The notes under the pieces are model-generated. The model saw nothing but the letters and a program-made list of their open reading frames with translations, had not been told where the DNA came from and did not search any database. A DNA stretch of 64,000 bases from Candidatus Latescibacterota bacterium (lineage in GTDB: Bacteria; Latescibacterota; UBA2968; GCA-2709665), in assembly GCA_965208835.1 (NCBI GenBank), contig OZ242358.1, forward strand, positions 1,472,001-1,536,000. The letters are read 5' to 3'. A program made the translations under genes and the position numbers. Positions 39,207 through 48,663 of this stretch are shown here, piece after piece (position 1 is the first letter of the stretch; every line of letters starts with the position of its first letter).

Positions 39207-40549
39207 GTACCCAGGTTCACATACCGGAACCCGCGACCTCCAGGAAAGCGTGGAAAGAAACGGCGGTCGGCAGCGTCTTCGTGTCCAACTACCCTCCGTA
39301 TTCGTTCTGGCGGGATGAGCACAATTCCCGCGTCGAGGCGATGCTGGAGGCTTCGGAACCTTCGGCGGGGGCGGTTCCGCTCGGGTTGTATCTTCATGTC
39401 CCGTTCTGCCGGAAACGCTGCAAGTTCTGTTATTTTCGCGTGTATACCGATCGCAACAGTTCCGAGATCCAGGTCTATCTGGATGCGCTGGCCAGGGAGG
39501 TGGAAAACTACGCCACGCTGCCCAGGATCGACGGACGCAGCCTGCAATTCGTCTACTTCGGCGGGGGGACGCCGTCGTATATCAGCGTGAAACACCTGGA
39601 GGCGCTGGTGGATCGGCTGAAGGCCGTGTTGCCGTGGGACGCCGCGGAGGAGGTCGCGTTCGAGTGCGAACCGGGCACGCTCACACAGCCGAAGGTAGCA
39701 GCCATTCGCGAAATCGGGGTCACGCGATTGAGCCTGGGCCTGGAGAATCTGAATGACGAAATCCTGAAGGAGAACGGCCGGGCGCACGTCGGCAAAGAGA
39801 TCTACCGGGCCATGGACTGGGTGAAGAAGCAGGCGTTCGAACAGGTGAACGTAGACCTGATTTCGGGGATGGTGGGCGAAACGTGGACGACGTGGAAGGA
39901 GACCGTTCAGGGGACGATCGATCTGGACCCCGACAGCGTGACGATCTATCAGATGGAACTGCCGTTCAATACGACGTATTCGAAGGCGCTTCTGGATGGT
40001 AACGGTGTGCCAGTTGCAGACTGGGAGACGAAGCGCGCGTGGCACGCCCATGCGATCGACGCGTTCGGCGAGGCCGGCTACGAGATCTCGAGCGCCTATA
40101 CGATGGTCAGGAAGGGTCGTCCGAAGCGGTTCGTCTACCGGGACGCGCTGTGGCGGAGCGCCGACCTCATCGGCGCCGGCGTCGCGTCGTTCTCGCACGT
40201 GGGCGGTATACACTTTCAGAATCACACACAGTGGGACTCCTACGTCGATGCCTGCATGCACGGGCGGCTGCCGTTGAACAGGTCTTTCGTTCCTACTGAC
40301 GAGGAACGCCTCGTGCGCGAGATGATCCTGCAACTCAAGCTGGGCAGGATCGAGACCGGTTATTTCAAGGACAGATTCAACGTGAATATCCTGGAGCGGT
40401 TTGGCGAGGCCTACGGAAGACTCAGGGATTTCGGCATGCTGGAATTCGATTCGCAGAGTATCACTCTGAGCCGGGATGGACTCTTGCGCGTCGATCAATT
40501 GCTCCCCGAATTTTACGACGAGAAATATCGCAATTCGCGCTATACATGA
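39203..40549 (+). CDS. HemN-like radical SAM enzyme
   Basis: LYLHVPFCRKRCKFC (CxxxCxxC), YFGGGTPS, RLSLG and VNVDLI motifs; ATGA-coupled to the upstream gene. Confidence 0.9.
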   Translation: MSTQVHIPEPATSRKAWKETAVGSVFVSNYPPYSFWRDEHNSRVEAMLEASEPSAGAVPLGLYLHVPFCRKRCKFCYFRVYTDRNSSEIQVYLDALAREVENYATLPRIDGRSLQFVYFGGGTPSYISVKHLEALVDRLKAVLPWDAAEEVAFECEPGTLTQPKVAAIREIGVTRLSLGLENLNDEILKENGRAHVGKEIYRAMDWVKKQAFEQVNVDLISGMVGETWTTWKETVQGTIDLDPDSVTIYQMELPFNTTYSKALLDGNGVPVADWETKRAWHAHAIDAFGEAGYEISSAYTMVRKGRPKRFVYRDALWRSADLIGAGVASFSHVGGIHFQNHTQWDSYVDACMHGRLPLNRSFVPTDEERLVREMILQLKLGRIETGYFKDRFNVNILERFGEAYGRLRDFGMLEFDSQSITLSRDGLLRVDQLLPEFYDEKYRNSRYT

Positions 40550-40734
40550 GGCATGCCGAATTTCACGCCTTTCCTGGACAGAAACCGACCTGGGACCGGA
40601 GTGGTTGGCGTTTCCTGGAGCGAGGGCATCCAGGTTATGGGTCTCCTGACAGCGGTTTAATGACGTCCAATGAACCATATAACGCGTGGTCATTGAGCTT
40701 GTCGAAATGCCCGCTATTCAAAAGCAATTCGATC

Positions 40735-40807
40735 CTTCGCCGGCCCTTCGACAAGCTCAGGGGACGGCTCGGCTTCTGCGACTCCTCCTTGTCAAGGGGG
40801 AGTGATT
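40735..40807 (-). repeat. Palindromic repeat family D with a nested CTTCGACAAGCTCAG hairpin
   Basis: Inverted match to 13981-14065; a second TGAGCTTGTCGAA lies at ~40694. Confidence 0.7.
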
Positions 40808-40921
40808 GGTCCATCAAGCCGGCGCGGGCGTTTCGTGCCACCCATTTGATTGCGGCTGAGCATAGCGAAGCCGCGCAAGGTACGCCATTACTGTAGTTTC
40901 ACTTTCTTGCGGAGTCAGTCT

Positions 40922-42136
40922 ATGAAATACAGGTTTTATTTGGTGTTCGCATTTGTGCTGTGCTTTTCTCCCGCTCACGCGGATTGGCCTCAATGGCTGG
41001 GCCCGAACCGAACGGGCATTTCGACCGAAACGGAATTCCTGAAGGTCTGGCCGAAGGACGGTCCTGCGGTTATGTGGAAGAGGAACCTCGGCAAGGGGTT
41101 TTCAGGGATCTCGGTGGCGGATGGTCGTGTGTTCACCATGTTTGCGGAGGGTGACGACGAGTTCGTCGTCTGTCTGAATGAGGAATCGGGAGACGAAATC
41201 TGGCGGTTCAGGACGGGAGGCATGTTCGAAGAATGGCAGGGGGGCGACGGACCCCGGTCGCAGCCGACGGTGGACGGAGAGCGGGTATACGTCCTCGGCG
41301 CTGAGGGTCGGCTGTACGCGCTGAAGGCGGCAAACGGCGATACGATCTGGACCGTGGACCTTGTCGACGGCCTGGGCGGCCGGTTTCCCAGGTTCGGGTT
41401 TTCGACTTCGCCGCTGGTGGAAGGCGACTTTCTGTTCCTGGAGGCGGCGACGCGTAATGGTACGTTTCTGGCGCTGCGCAGGAAAGACGGTAAAGTCGCC
41501 TGGGCTTCCCAGAACGACGTGGCTTCCTATTCCTCGCCCATCGCCCTGGATCTCGCCGGTGCGCGTCAGGTGGTCTATTTTTCCGGAGACGCCGTCGTCG
41601 GGCTTTCTCCGGTCGACGGCTCCCTGTTCTGGCGGTTCCCCTGGAAGACGTCGTACGACCTGAATATTGCAACGCCGATCTTCGTACCGCCGGACCAGAT
41701 CTTCATTTCCTCGGGTTATGATCACGGCGCGGCTTTGCTGCGGATCGAGTCAGACGGCGACGGGTTCTCGGCGACCCGGGTCTGGCAGAGCCGGCGGATG
41801 AAGAACCATTTCGGCACGTCCGTGTTGGTCGGGGACTATATCTACGGATTCGATAACGCCATCCTGAAGTGTATCGAAGCACGGACCGGAAAAGAGCAGT
41901 GGAAACATCGCGGGTACGGCAAGGGGGCTTTGATCTACGCCGACGGGCACCTCGTCCTGTTGAGTGACAACGGGAGACTGGCCCTGGCGCAGGCAACGCC
42001 CGACGGATTCAGGGAAAAGGCCGGCGTGCAGGTGCTCGACGGCCGCAGCTGGACGATGCCGACCCTGGCCAACGGCCGCGTGTTCGTCAGGGATATGCGG
42101 AAAATCGTCTGTCTGGATCTCCGGGCCGGTGGTTAG
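40922..42136 (+). CDS. Secreted PQQ-like beta-propeller repeat protein
   Basis: Signal peptide ending AHA, WPQWLGPNRTG, YSSP and Trp-docking repeats. Confidence 0.88.
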   Translation: MKYRFYLVFAFVLCFSPAHADWPQWLGPNRTGISTETEFLKVWPKDGPAVMWKRNLGKGFSGISVADGRVFTMFAEGDDEFVVCLNEESGDEIWRFRTGGMFEEWQGGDGPRSQPTVDGERVYVLGAEGRLYALKAANGDTIWTVDLVDGLGGRFPRFGFSTSPLVEGDFLFLEAATRNGTFLALRRKDGKVAWASQNDVASYSSPIALDLAGARQVVYFSGDAVVGLSPVDGSLFWRFPWKTSYDLNIATPIFVPPDQIFISSGYDHGAALLRIESDGDGFSATRVWQSRRMKNHFGTSVLVGDYIYGFDNAILKCIEARTGKEQWKHRGYGKGALIYADGHLVLLSDNGRLALAQATPDGFREKAGVQVLDGRSWTMPTLANGRVFVRDMRKIVCLDLRAGG

Positions 42137-42155
42137 CGTCTAACGTTGGGACTTC

Positions 42156-42860
42156 GAGGAGAGAGGAAAGAGGAGTGAAGAGCGAGGAGAGAGGAAAGAG
42201 GAGTGAGGAGTGAGTAACGACAAAAAGCAGATCGGGAATCGCGAAAGGAAAGAGGAGTGAAGAGCGAGGAGAGAGGAAAGAGGAGTGAGGAGTGAGTAAC
42301 GACAAAAAGCAGATCGGGAATCGCGAAAGGAAAGAGGAGTGAAGAGCGAGGAGAGAGGAAAGAGGAGTGAGGAGTGAGTAACGACAAAAAGCAGATCGGG
42401 AATCGCGAAAGGAAAGAGGAGTGAAGAGCGAGGAGAGAGAAAAGAGGAGCGAGGAGAGAGTAACGGCAAAAAGCAGATCGGGAATCGCGAAAGGAAACAG
42501 GAGTGAAGAGCGAGGAGAGAGAAAAGAGGAGTGAGGAGAGAGTATCGACAAAAAGCAGATCGGGAATCGCGAAAGGAAAGAGGAGTGAAGAGCGAGGAGA
42601 GAGAAAAGAGGAGCGAGGAGAGAGAAAAGAGGAGCGAGGAGAGAGAAAAGAGGAGCGAGGAGAGAGTAACGGCAAAAAGCAGATCGGGAATCGCGAAAGG
42701 AAACAAGAGTGAAGAGCGAGGAGAGAGAAAAGAGGAGTGAGGAGAGTATCGACAAAAAGCAGATCGGGAAACGCGAAAGGAAAGTGGAGTGAGAGGCCTT
42801 TGACTCGTTTTCTCTCTTTTCTCACTTCTCTCCGCTCTCTCCTCGACTCGTTTCCCTTGT
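42156..42860 (+). repeat. Purine-rich tandem array, 7 units of ~82 bp built from heptamers, followed by a pyrimidine-rich arm
   Basis: CAAAAAGCAGATCGGGAA recurs at 42221, 42303, 42385, 42467, 42549, 42673 and 42753; filler GAGGAGT/GAAGAGC/GAGGAGA/GAGGAAA; pyrimidine arm 42804-42860. Confidence 0.95.
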
Positions 42861-42906
42861 TCCTGCGACGCAAGGTCGTCAGGACGTCCTGGTGAAAGGA
42901 ATTTGA

Positions 42907-45024
42907 ATGTTGTTGTTTTTGCGAACGGGTTTGCTGGCCGTCATTTTTGTGGGGCTAATTTCGAGCACCTTGTTTGCCGCGGAGGATAAGGCCGACGAGG
43001 AAGCCGGGGATGACCTTCCCGTCTATGCGGGCGAAGAGATCGTGGTCACGGAGAGCAAGGAAAAAGTCGCCACGATCAGTTCCGTCGCCAGCAAGATCCC
43101 GGTCCCGTTGAATGCAACGCCCGCCAGCGTCAGCGTGGTCAACCGCGGCCTGATCGAACATCAGAGCGGCGTGGTCCTTGGCGATGCGCTTCGAAACGTG
43201 AGCGGCGTCAATGTGCAGACGGTGTTCGGCGTGACGGATTTCTTCGTGATTCGCGGATTCGACTCGCTGTCCAGCGGGCTGGTGCTGACGGACGGCGCTT
43301 CCGAGCCGGAGGCCACGTTCTACAATCTCTACAACCTGGATCGCGTGGAGGTGCTGAAGGGACCGGGTGCGTTTCTATATGGCGGCAATCCGCTGTCCGG
43401 ATCGGTGAATCTGAACCGGAAGCAGCCCGTCTTCAAGCGCATGTTCCAGGCCAGGGGCGCTTACGGGCCGTACGGGAACGTCCGCGGCAGCGTCGACGCG
43501 GGATGGGGGGACCCCGCGCGGGGCGTGGCCATGCGTTTCAACGGCCTCCGGCAGGTTGCGGACAACTACCGTGACGACAAGAGCAGCGGTATCTGGGCGT
43601 TGAACCCCGCCGTCACCGGGCGAAACGAAAGGACGACGGCCACGGCGAATTTCGAATACGTGACCAGCGAGTACAAGTCCGATTCGGGGCTGCCCGTGAC
43701 CGGAGGGCAACTGGTTGACGTGCCGCGGACCCGTTCCTATCAGTCTCCATTCGACGTTTCAGACCAGGAGATCTACCGCGTGCGGATGGATGTACAGACC
43801 CGGTTGTCTCCGCGGGTCACGCTGCGAAACAAACTGTATTATACGGATTTTTCCTGGATCTCCAACGGTACGCTTTTCAACGGTGTGTTTCCCAACGCCA
43901 CGGGCAGCCTGGACCTGTTCAGGACGCTATTGCTCCTCGACGACCGGCAGAAGGTGCTGGGCAATCAATTCGAGCTCGTGTTCTCCTTTTCCACTGGCCG
44001 GGCCAGGCATACGCTGCTGGCGGGTCTGGAACTGATGCGGTGGCAGGACAGGTTTACGCTGGACGTCGCGGTCCTTCCGAATATTGACCTGCATGTACCC
44101 GTCGAAACGGCCGCGCTGCCGTATTACGTCGTTCCCGGCCAGTCCCGCGCGGCCGATGCGTCGAGCGGCGTTGTTGCGCCCTTTGTCGTCGACCGGATCG
44201 TGTTTTCAGACTTTTTCCATGCGTTTGTTGGCGGCCGCTTCGACCGGATACGCTACGACGACCCGGTCACGTCGACGTCGAGGGCGTTCAACGAGCTCAG
44301 TCCGATGGCGGGCGTGGCGCTGAATCCCGCGGAGGACCTGACGTTCTATGCCAGCGCGGGCAAGGCTTTCGCCCCGCCATCGAGCCTCGTCGCGGGACCA
44401 CGGGACGTCGAGTCGGCCACGCAGTTCGAAGCTGGCGCGAAGAAATATCTCGTCGACAACCGCCTTCACGCGTCACTGGCCGTCTTCGATCTGCGGAAGT
44501 ACGACATCGGCATTCCGGATGAGACGGGTGTGACTCAACAGGACGGCGACCAGCGGTCGCGGGGTGTGGAGCTGGAGATGATGGCGCGTCCGGGGAGCGG
44601 GTGCCACGTCTTTCTGACGTACGCGTATTCCAACGCGGAACTGACGCGGTTTTCCGAAATGCTGACCGTACCCACGCCCACCGGGATGCAGTTCCGGCAC
44701 CTGGACAGGTCCGGCAACAGGCCGGCCTTTTCGCCGCGTCATATCCTGAATGTCTGGAGCGCGCTGGGCCTGGAAAACGGCATCGAACTGGGAATGGGCG
44801 CCAGGTACGTTGCCAGCCAGTTCATCGCCGAGGACAATCAGTTCAGTATCGGCGGCGTGCTGACGCTTGACGCTTCGGTATCGTACACGTACGGGCACGC
44901 GACAATCCGGTTGAATGCCCGGAACCTGACCGATCGCGAGTACGAGACCCGCGGATTCGGCGCGATGTCGGTGATTCCGGCGCCGCCTTTCGGTCTTTAC
45001 GGCGCCATTCAGGTCGACCTGTGA
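42907..45024 (+). CDS. TonB-dependent receptor (siderophore-receptor-like)
   Basis: Signal peptide, EEIVVT TonB box, TPASVSVV and RVEVLKGP..LYG motifs, NLTD near the C-terminus. Confidence 0.9.
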   Translation: MLLFLRTGLLAVIFVGLISSTLFAAEDKADEEAGDDLPVYAGEEIVVTESKEKVATISSVASKIPVPLNATPASVSVVNRGLIEHQSGVVLGDALRNVSGVNVQTVFGVTDFFVIRGFDSLSSGLVLTDGASEPEATFYNLYNLDRVEVLKGPGAFLYGGNPLSGSVNLNRKQPVFKRMFQARGAYGPYGNVRGSVDAGWGDPARGVAMRFNGLRQVADNYRDDKSSGIWALNPAVTGRNERTTATANFEYVTSEYKSDSGLPVTGGQLVDVPRTRSYQSPFDVSDQEIYRVRMDVQTRLSPRVTLRNKLYYTDFSWISNGTLFNGVFPNATGSLDLFRTLLLLDDRQKVLGNQFELVFSFSTGRARHTLLAGLELMRWQDRFTLDVAVLPNIDLHVPVETAALPYYVVPGQSRAADASSGVVAPFVVDRIVFSDFFHAFVGGRFDRIRYDDPVTSTSRAFNELSPMAGVALNPAEDLTFYASAGKAFAPPSSLVAGPRDVESATQFEAGAKKYLVDNRLHASLAVFDLRKYDIGIPDETGVTQQDGDQRSRGVELEMMARPGSGCHVFLTYAYSNAELTRFSEMLTVPTPTGMQFRHLDRSGNRPAFSPRHILNVWSALGLENGIELGMGARYVASQFIAEDNQFSIGGVLTLDASVSYTYGHATIRLNARNLTDREYETRGFGAMSVIPAPPFGLYGAIQVDL

Positions 45025-46298
45025 GTTCCTTCAACGCGGAGCCGGACAGGGACGAACTGGTCGAATCCCAGCTCCGTCGCCTGCGTGACATGCTTGTTCC
45101 TGTCTTGAGGGACAACGCGTTCTATAGAGAAAAGCTGACCGACGCCGGTCTTTCCGGCGCCGGAGACGTTCGGACCCTGGACGATTACCGGCGGCTACCC
45201 TTTACAACCAAGGCCGAACTGTCGGCCGACCAGGACGCGCACCCGCCGTACGGATCCAATCTGACGTATCGCCTTCGGGATTACGTCCGGGTCCATCAGA
45301 CGTCGGGCACGACGGGAAGGCCGCTGCGCTGGCTGGACACGCGTCAAAGCTGGGACTGGTTTGCCGGCTGCTGGCGGCGGGTTTTTGACGGTGCGGGAGT
45401 AACGCCCGATGACCGTCTGTTCTTCGCGTTCTCGTTCGGCCCGTTTATCGGGTTCTGGACGGCCCACGAAGCCGCGCGTCTGATCGGGGCGCTGGCCGTT
45501 ACGGGCGGATCGATGTCGTCGGTCCAGCGGCTTCAGGCCATGGATGAGCACCGGGCGACGGTTCTCATCTGCACGCCGACGTACGCGTTGCATCTGGCGG
45601 AGGTGGCCGAAACCGAAAGGATTGATATCGCGAACTCGAGTATTCGCGCCACGATCCACGCCGGGGAACCCGGGGCCGGTCTGCCGGCAACGAGGCGTCG
45701 GATCGAGGACGCCTGGGGCGCCACGTGTTACGACCACGCGGGCGCGACCGAGGTGGGGGCATGGGGGTACGAGTGCCGTGAACGGAACGGCATGCTCGTG
45801 AACGAGGCGGAGTTTATCTGCGAAGTGATCGATCCGGATTCAGGGGAACAGGCCGACGAGGGCGAGCTGGTGCTGACGAATCTGGGGCGCGTGGGGATGC
45901 CGGTGATCCGTTACCGCACCGGCGACCGCGTTAAGCGCGCAAAGGGGGCATGTCCATGCGGGTCCGGGTTTCTCCGGCTGGAAAACGGCGTGATCGGCCG
46001 CATCGACGGCGGGATCATCATCCGCGGGATCGTGATCTATCCGAGCGCCGTTGAAAACGTCGTCAGGACCTTTCCCGAAGTGACGGAGTTCGCGGTCGAC
46101 GTATACCGGCGGCGCTCCCTGGACGAAGTGGAGATCCGCCTGGAAGTCAGGGGAGAATCACCGGACTCCGTAGCCGGCGCCGTGGCGCGGGAGGCGAGAC
46201 GGAAGCTGGGGTTCCGTGTCGGGGTTCGTGCGGTAGACACGAACACGTTGCCCAGGTTCGAACTGAAGGCAAGACGGTTTACGGACCATCGGAGCTGA
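45021..46298 (+). CDS. Phenylacetate-CoA ligase family protein (PaaK-like)
   Basis: LPFTTK, HQTSGTTG, CTPTYALHL, AGEPG, GATE and IRYRTGD motifs; GTGA-coupled to the receptor gene. Confidence 0.9.
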   Translation: MSSFNAEPDRDELVESQLRRLRDMLVPVLRDNAFYREKLTDAGLSGAGDVRTLDDYRRLPFTTKAELSADQDAHPPYGSNLTYRLRDYVRVHQTSGTTGRPLRWLDTRQSWDWFAGCWRRVFDGAGVTPDDRLFFAFSFGPFIGFWTAHEAARLIGALAVTGGSMSSVQRLQAMDEHRATVLICTPTYALHLAEVAETERIDIANSSIRATIHAGEPGAGLPATRRRIEDAWGATCYDHAGATEVGAWGYECRERNGMLVNEAEFICEVIDPDSGEQADEGELVLTNLGRVGMPVIRYRTGDRVKRAKGACPCGSGFLRLENGVIGRIDGGIIIRGIVIYPSAVENVVRTFPEVTEFAVDVYRRRSLDEVEIRLEVRGESPDSVAGAVAREARRKLGFRVGVRAVDTNTLPRFELKARRFTDHRS

Positions 46299-46307
46299 GA
46301 AGATCAA

Positions 46308-47570
46308 ATGCGTTCAGACACCTACGACGTCATTGTGATCGGCGGCGGCCCCGCGGGGAGCACGACCGCGGCGCTGGTCGCCGAACACGGCCATCGCGTT
46401 CTGCTGCTCGAGCGGGCGAGGTTTCCCCGGTTTCAGATCGGCGAGTCGCTGATGCCGGGAACGTACTGGTCGTTCAAACGGCTGGGCGTTCTCGAAAAAC
46501 TGAAGAAGAGCGCGTACGTAAGGAAATACAGCGTGCAGTTCTTCGGCGCGTCGGGACGGGGGTCGGCGCCATTCTACTTCCATCGGCACGACCCGCACGA
46601 GAGCTCGGTCACGTGGCAGGTGCTCAGGAGTGAGTTCGACCGGATGATGCTGGAAAACGCCCGCGAGAAAGGGGCGTGCGTGAGGCAGGGAGCCGCTGTT
46701 CAGGAAGTCCTGTTCGACGGAGACCGGGCCTTCGGCGTCCGGACGAAATCCGGCGACGGCAACTTGCAGGATCTCCACGCCCGGGTGGTCGTGGATGCAA
46801 CGGGCCGCAGCGCGTTGATTTCCCGAAAGCTCGGGATCAAGACGGAGGAGCCCACGCTGAAGAAGGCGTCCCTGTTCACGCATTTCGAGCGCGGGTCCAG
46901 AGACGAGGGGATCGACGAAGGCGCAACCCTGATATTGCACACCCGGACGAAAGACGCGTGGTTCTGGTATATCCCGCTGGCCGGCGACGTCGTCAGCGTG
47001 GGGGTGGTTGGAGATATCGGCTATCTTGTGCAGAAACGGGAGGGAACGCCCCAGGAGATTTTCGAGGAGGAGCTGGACCGCTGCCCGCCGATGAAGGATC
47101 GGCTGGAGCGCGCTCGTCAGTTGTTTCCCATGAAGGTGACCAGTGATTTCTCCTATCGCGCCCGTTCGGTTTCGGGAGCGGGCTGGGTGCTGGTTGGCGA
47201 CGCCTACGGATTTCTCGATCCCGTCTATTCGTCCGGCGTGTTCCTTGCGCTTAAATCCGGCGAAATGGCGGCTGATGCGATTCATGAGGCAATTTTGAAC
47301 GACGATTTCTCCGCGAAACAACTCGGGAAGTGGGGTGACGTCTTTATTCCCGGAATGGAGGCCATACGAAAACTGGTTTATGCATTCTACACGAAGGAAT
47401 TCAGCTTCAGCCGGTTCCTGGAAGCCCATCCGGAGTGTCTTGACGGCATCGTGGATATTCTGAGCGGAAAGATCTACATCAACGACGTCACGCCAATCTT
47501 CGGACCGATGGGAAAGATGTGCGATCTCCCCGAAGACGTGGACGACTACGCAAAAGAAATTAAGAATTAA
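46308..47570 (+). CDS. FAD-dependent halogenase-family flavoprotein
   Basis: GGGPAG, FPRFQIGESL, RSEFD, WFWYIP (WxWxIP) and GDAYGFLDPVYSSG motifs. Confidence 0.85.
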   Translation: MRSDTYDVIVIGGGPAGSTTAALVAEHGHRVLLLERARFPRFQIGESLMPGTYWSFKRLGVLEKLKKSAYVRKYSVQFFGASGRGSAPFYFHRHDPHESSVTWQVLRSEFDRMMLENAREKGACVRQGAAVQEVLFDGDRAFGVRTKSGDGNLQDLHARVVVDATGRSALISRKLGIKTEEPTLKKASLFTHFERGSRDEGIDEGATLILHTRTKDAWFWYIPLAGDVVSVGVVGDIGYLVQKREGTPQEIFEEELDRCPPMKDRLERARQLFPMKVTSDFSYRARSVSGAGWVLVGDAYGFLDPVYSSGVFLALKSGEMAADAIHEAILNDDFSAKQLGKWGDVFIPGMEAIRKLVYAFYTKEFSFSRFLEAHPECLDGIVDILSGKIYINDVTPIFGPMGKMCDLPEDVDDYAKEIKN

Positions 47571-47590
47571 AAATTGAGAATTAAGAATTC
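47558..47590 (+). repeat. Heptamer arm (AATTAAG/AATTGAG)n, left arm of the four-helix-bundle locus
   Basis: AATTAAG AATTAAA AATTGAG AATTAAG AATTC; resumes at 47954-47978. Confidence 0.85.
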
Positions 47591-47934
47591 AAACCTGACC
47601 CCAAAACGGGTCTGAGTCATTACGAGAGTCGGGAAGATACGCGAAACAAACGGCTGAAAGAATCGTCCACAGCCATTGGCAAAACGCTGAGCCCACACCT
47701 TCGCCGATACTGTCATCCAGAGGAGGCCCCCAGGCAGTCGAAGTGTCCGCGCACATGTTCATCTACAACGGGCATGTACTACACGTACAATCGAGAATAC
47801 GGGAGATTCTTCGCTGCGCTCAGAATGACATGGTTTACCATTGTCATGCACCTGGCTTCCCGCTGTCATCCAGAGGACTTGCCCTGAGCCTGTCGAAGGG
47901 TGCCCTCAGGCCGACGAAGGATCTACTGCAGCAT
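47591..47934 (+). repeat. Composite palindromic repeat (family C, copy 2)
   Basis: Shares both ends with 13292-13544; contains GAGATTCTTCGCTGCGCTCAGAATGACA. Confidence 0.8.
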
Positions 47935-47975
47935 CGGATCATCATGAAAAAGCAATGGAGATTGAGAATTAAGAA

Positions 47976-48104
47976 TTGCGTTTGCTGAAAGATACCGGCT
48001 ATTTGTCGGAAAACGAGTTCGCCAGCATTCATTCCGATGCTGAAGAACAGTGTCGGCTTCTCGCAGCGATTCAGAAGACCTCGAAGGACAGACGCAGCGC
48101 CTGA
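47976..48104 (+). pseudogene. Detached 3' fragment of a four-helix-bundle gene between inverted heptamer arms
   Basis: Aligns ungapped with 48401-48529; right arm (CTCAATT/CTTAATT) at 48112-48138. Confidence 0.85.
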
Positions 48105-48166
48105 CTCTGGTTTTTAATTCTCAATTCTTAATTCCTAAGGTGACGGGGAGGGAATTGAGAGACGCA

Positions 48167-48535
48167 ATGAAGGATGGTAACATTGTTCAGGCAAAAGGCT
48201 ATGGATTTGCGGTTCGAATTGTAAGGCTCTATCAACACCTGTCAGCAGAAAAGAGAGAATTCGTACTTTCAAAGCAATTGTTACGCTCCGGAACCGGTAT
48301 TGGCGCGAACATTGAAGAGGCGATTGGTGGTCAGTCCCGAGCAGACTTTGTCAGCAAAATTGCCATCGCCTATAAAGAAGCTCGTGAAAGCAGCTATTGG
48401 TTGCGTTTACTGAAAGATACCGGCTATTTATCCGAAAACGAGTTCGCCAGCATCCACTCCGATGCTGAAGAACTCTGTCGGCTTCTCGCAGCGATTCAGA
48501 AGACCGCGAAGGACAGACGCAACGCCAGATCCTGA
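48167..48535 (+). CDS. Four-helix-bundle protein (TIGR02436 / 23S rRNA IVS-protein / Avd-like family)
   Basis: LSKQLLRSGTGIGANIEEA..QSRADF..K..IA.KEA.E..YWL.LL; followed by (TTCTTAA/TTCTCAA)n at 48536-48573. Confidence 0.92.
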   Translation: MKDGNIVQAKGYGFAVRIVRLYQHLSAEKREFVLSKQLLRSGTGIGANIEEAIGGQSRADFVSKIAIAYKEARESSYWLRLLKDTGYLSENEFASIHSDAEELCRLLAAIQKTAKDRRNARS

Positions 48536-48579
48536 TTCTTAATTCCTAATTCTTAATTCTCAATTCTTAATTGCTTACT

Positions 48580-48660
48580 TCCGATGCTGAAGAACTCTGT
48601 CGGCTTCTCGCAGCGATTCAGAAGACCGCGAAGGACAGACGCAGCGTCAGATCCTGATTC
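48580..48660 (+). pseudogene. Third copy of the four-helix-bundle gene 3' end
   Basis: Matches the last 26 codons (including the stop) with two substitutions; its right arm is split by MITE B and resumes at 48858-48877. Confidence 0.85.
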
Positions 48661-48663
48661 TTG

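Noticed and set aside
39203-40549. Assigning the symbol hemN
   Set aside because: The N-terminal HemN motif differs and the context has no tetrapyrrole genes.
40546-40896. 116-aa ORF coupled to the radical SAM gene as a possible precursor peptide
   Set aside because: Much of it is repeat family D and REP-like hairpins, with no leader/core pattern.
42156-42790. CRISPR array (33-nt conserved core with regular spacing)
   Set aside because: The intervening sequences are near-identical low-complexity heptamer runs, not unique spacers; there are no cas genes or leader.
42087-42873. Leu/Ser/Phe-rich ORFs in all three minus-strand frames and Glu/Arg-rich plus-strand ORFs
   Set aside because: They are by-products of a stop-poor repeat whose period is not a multiple of 3.
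47976-48660. Diversity-generating retroelement (Avd-like gene plus TR/VR-like repeats)
   Set aside because: Mismatches are not confined to adenines and many are synonymous; there is no reverse transcriptase or target gene in the window.
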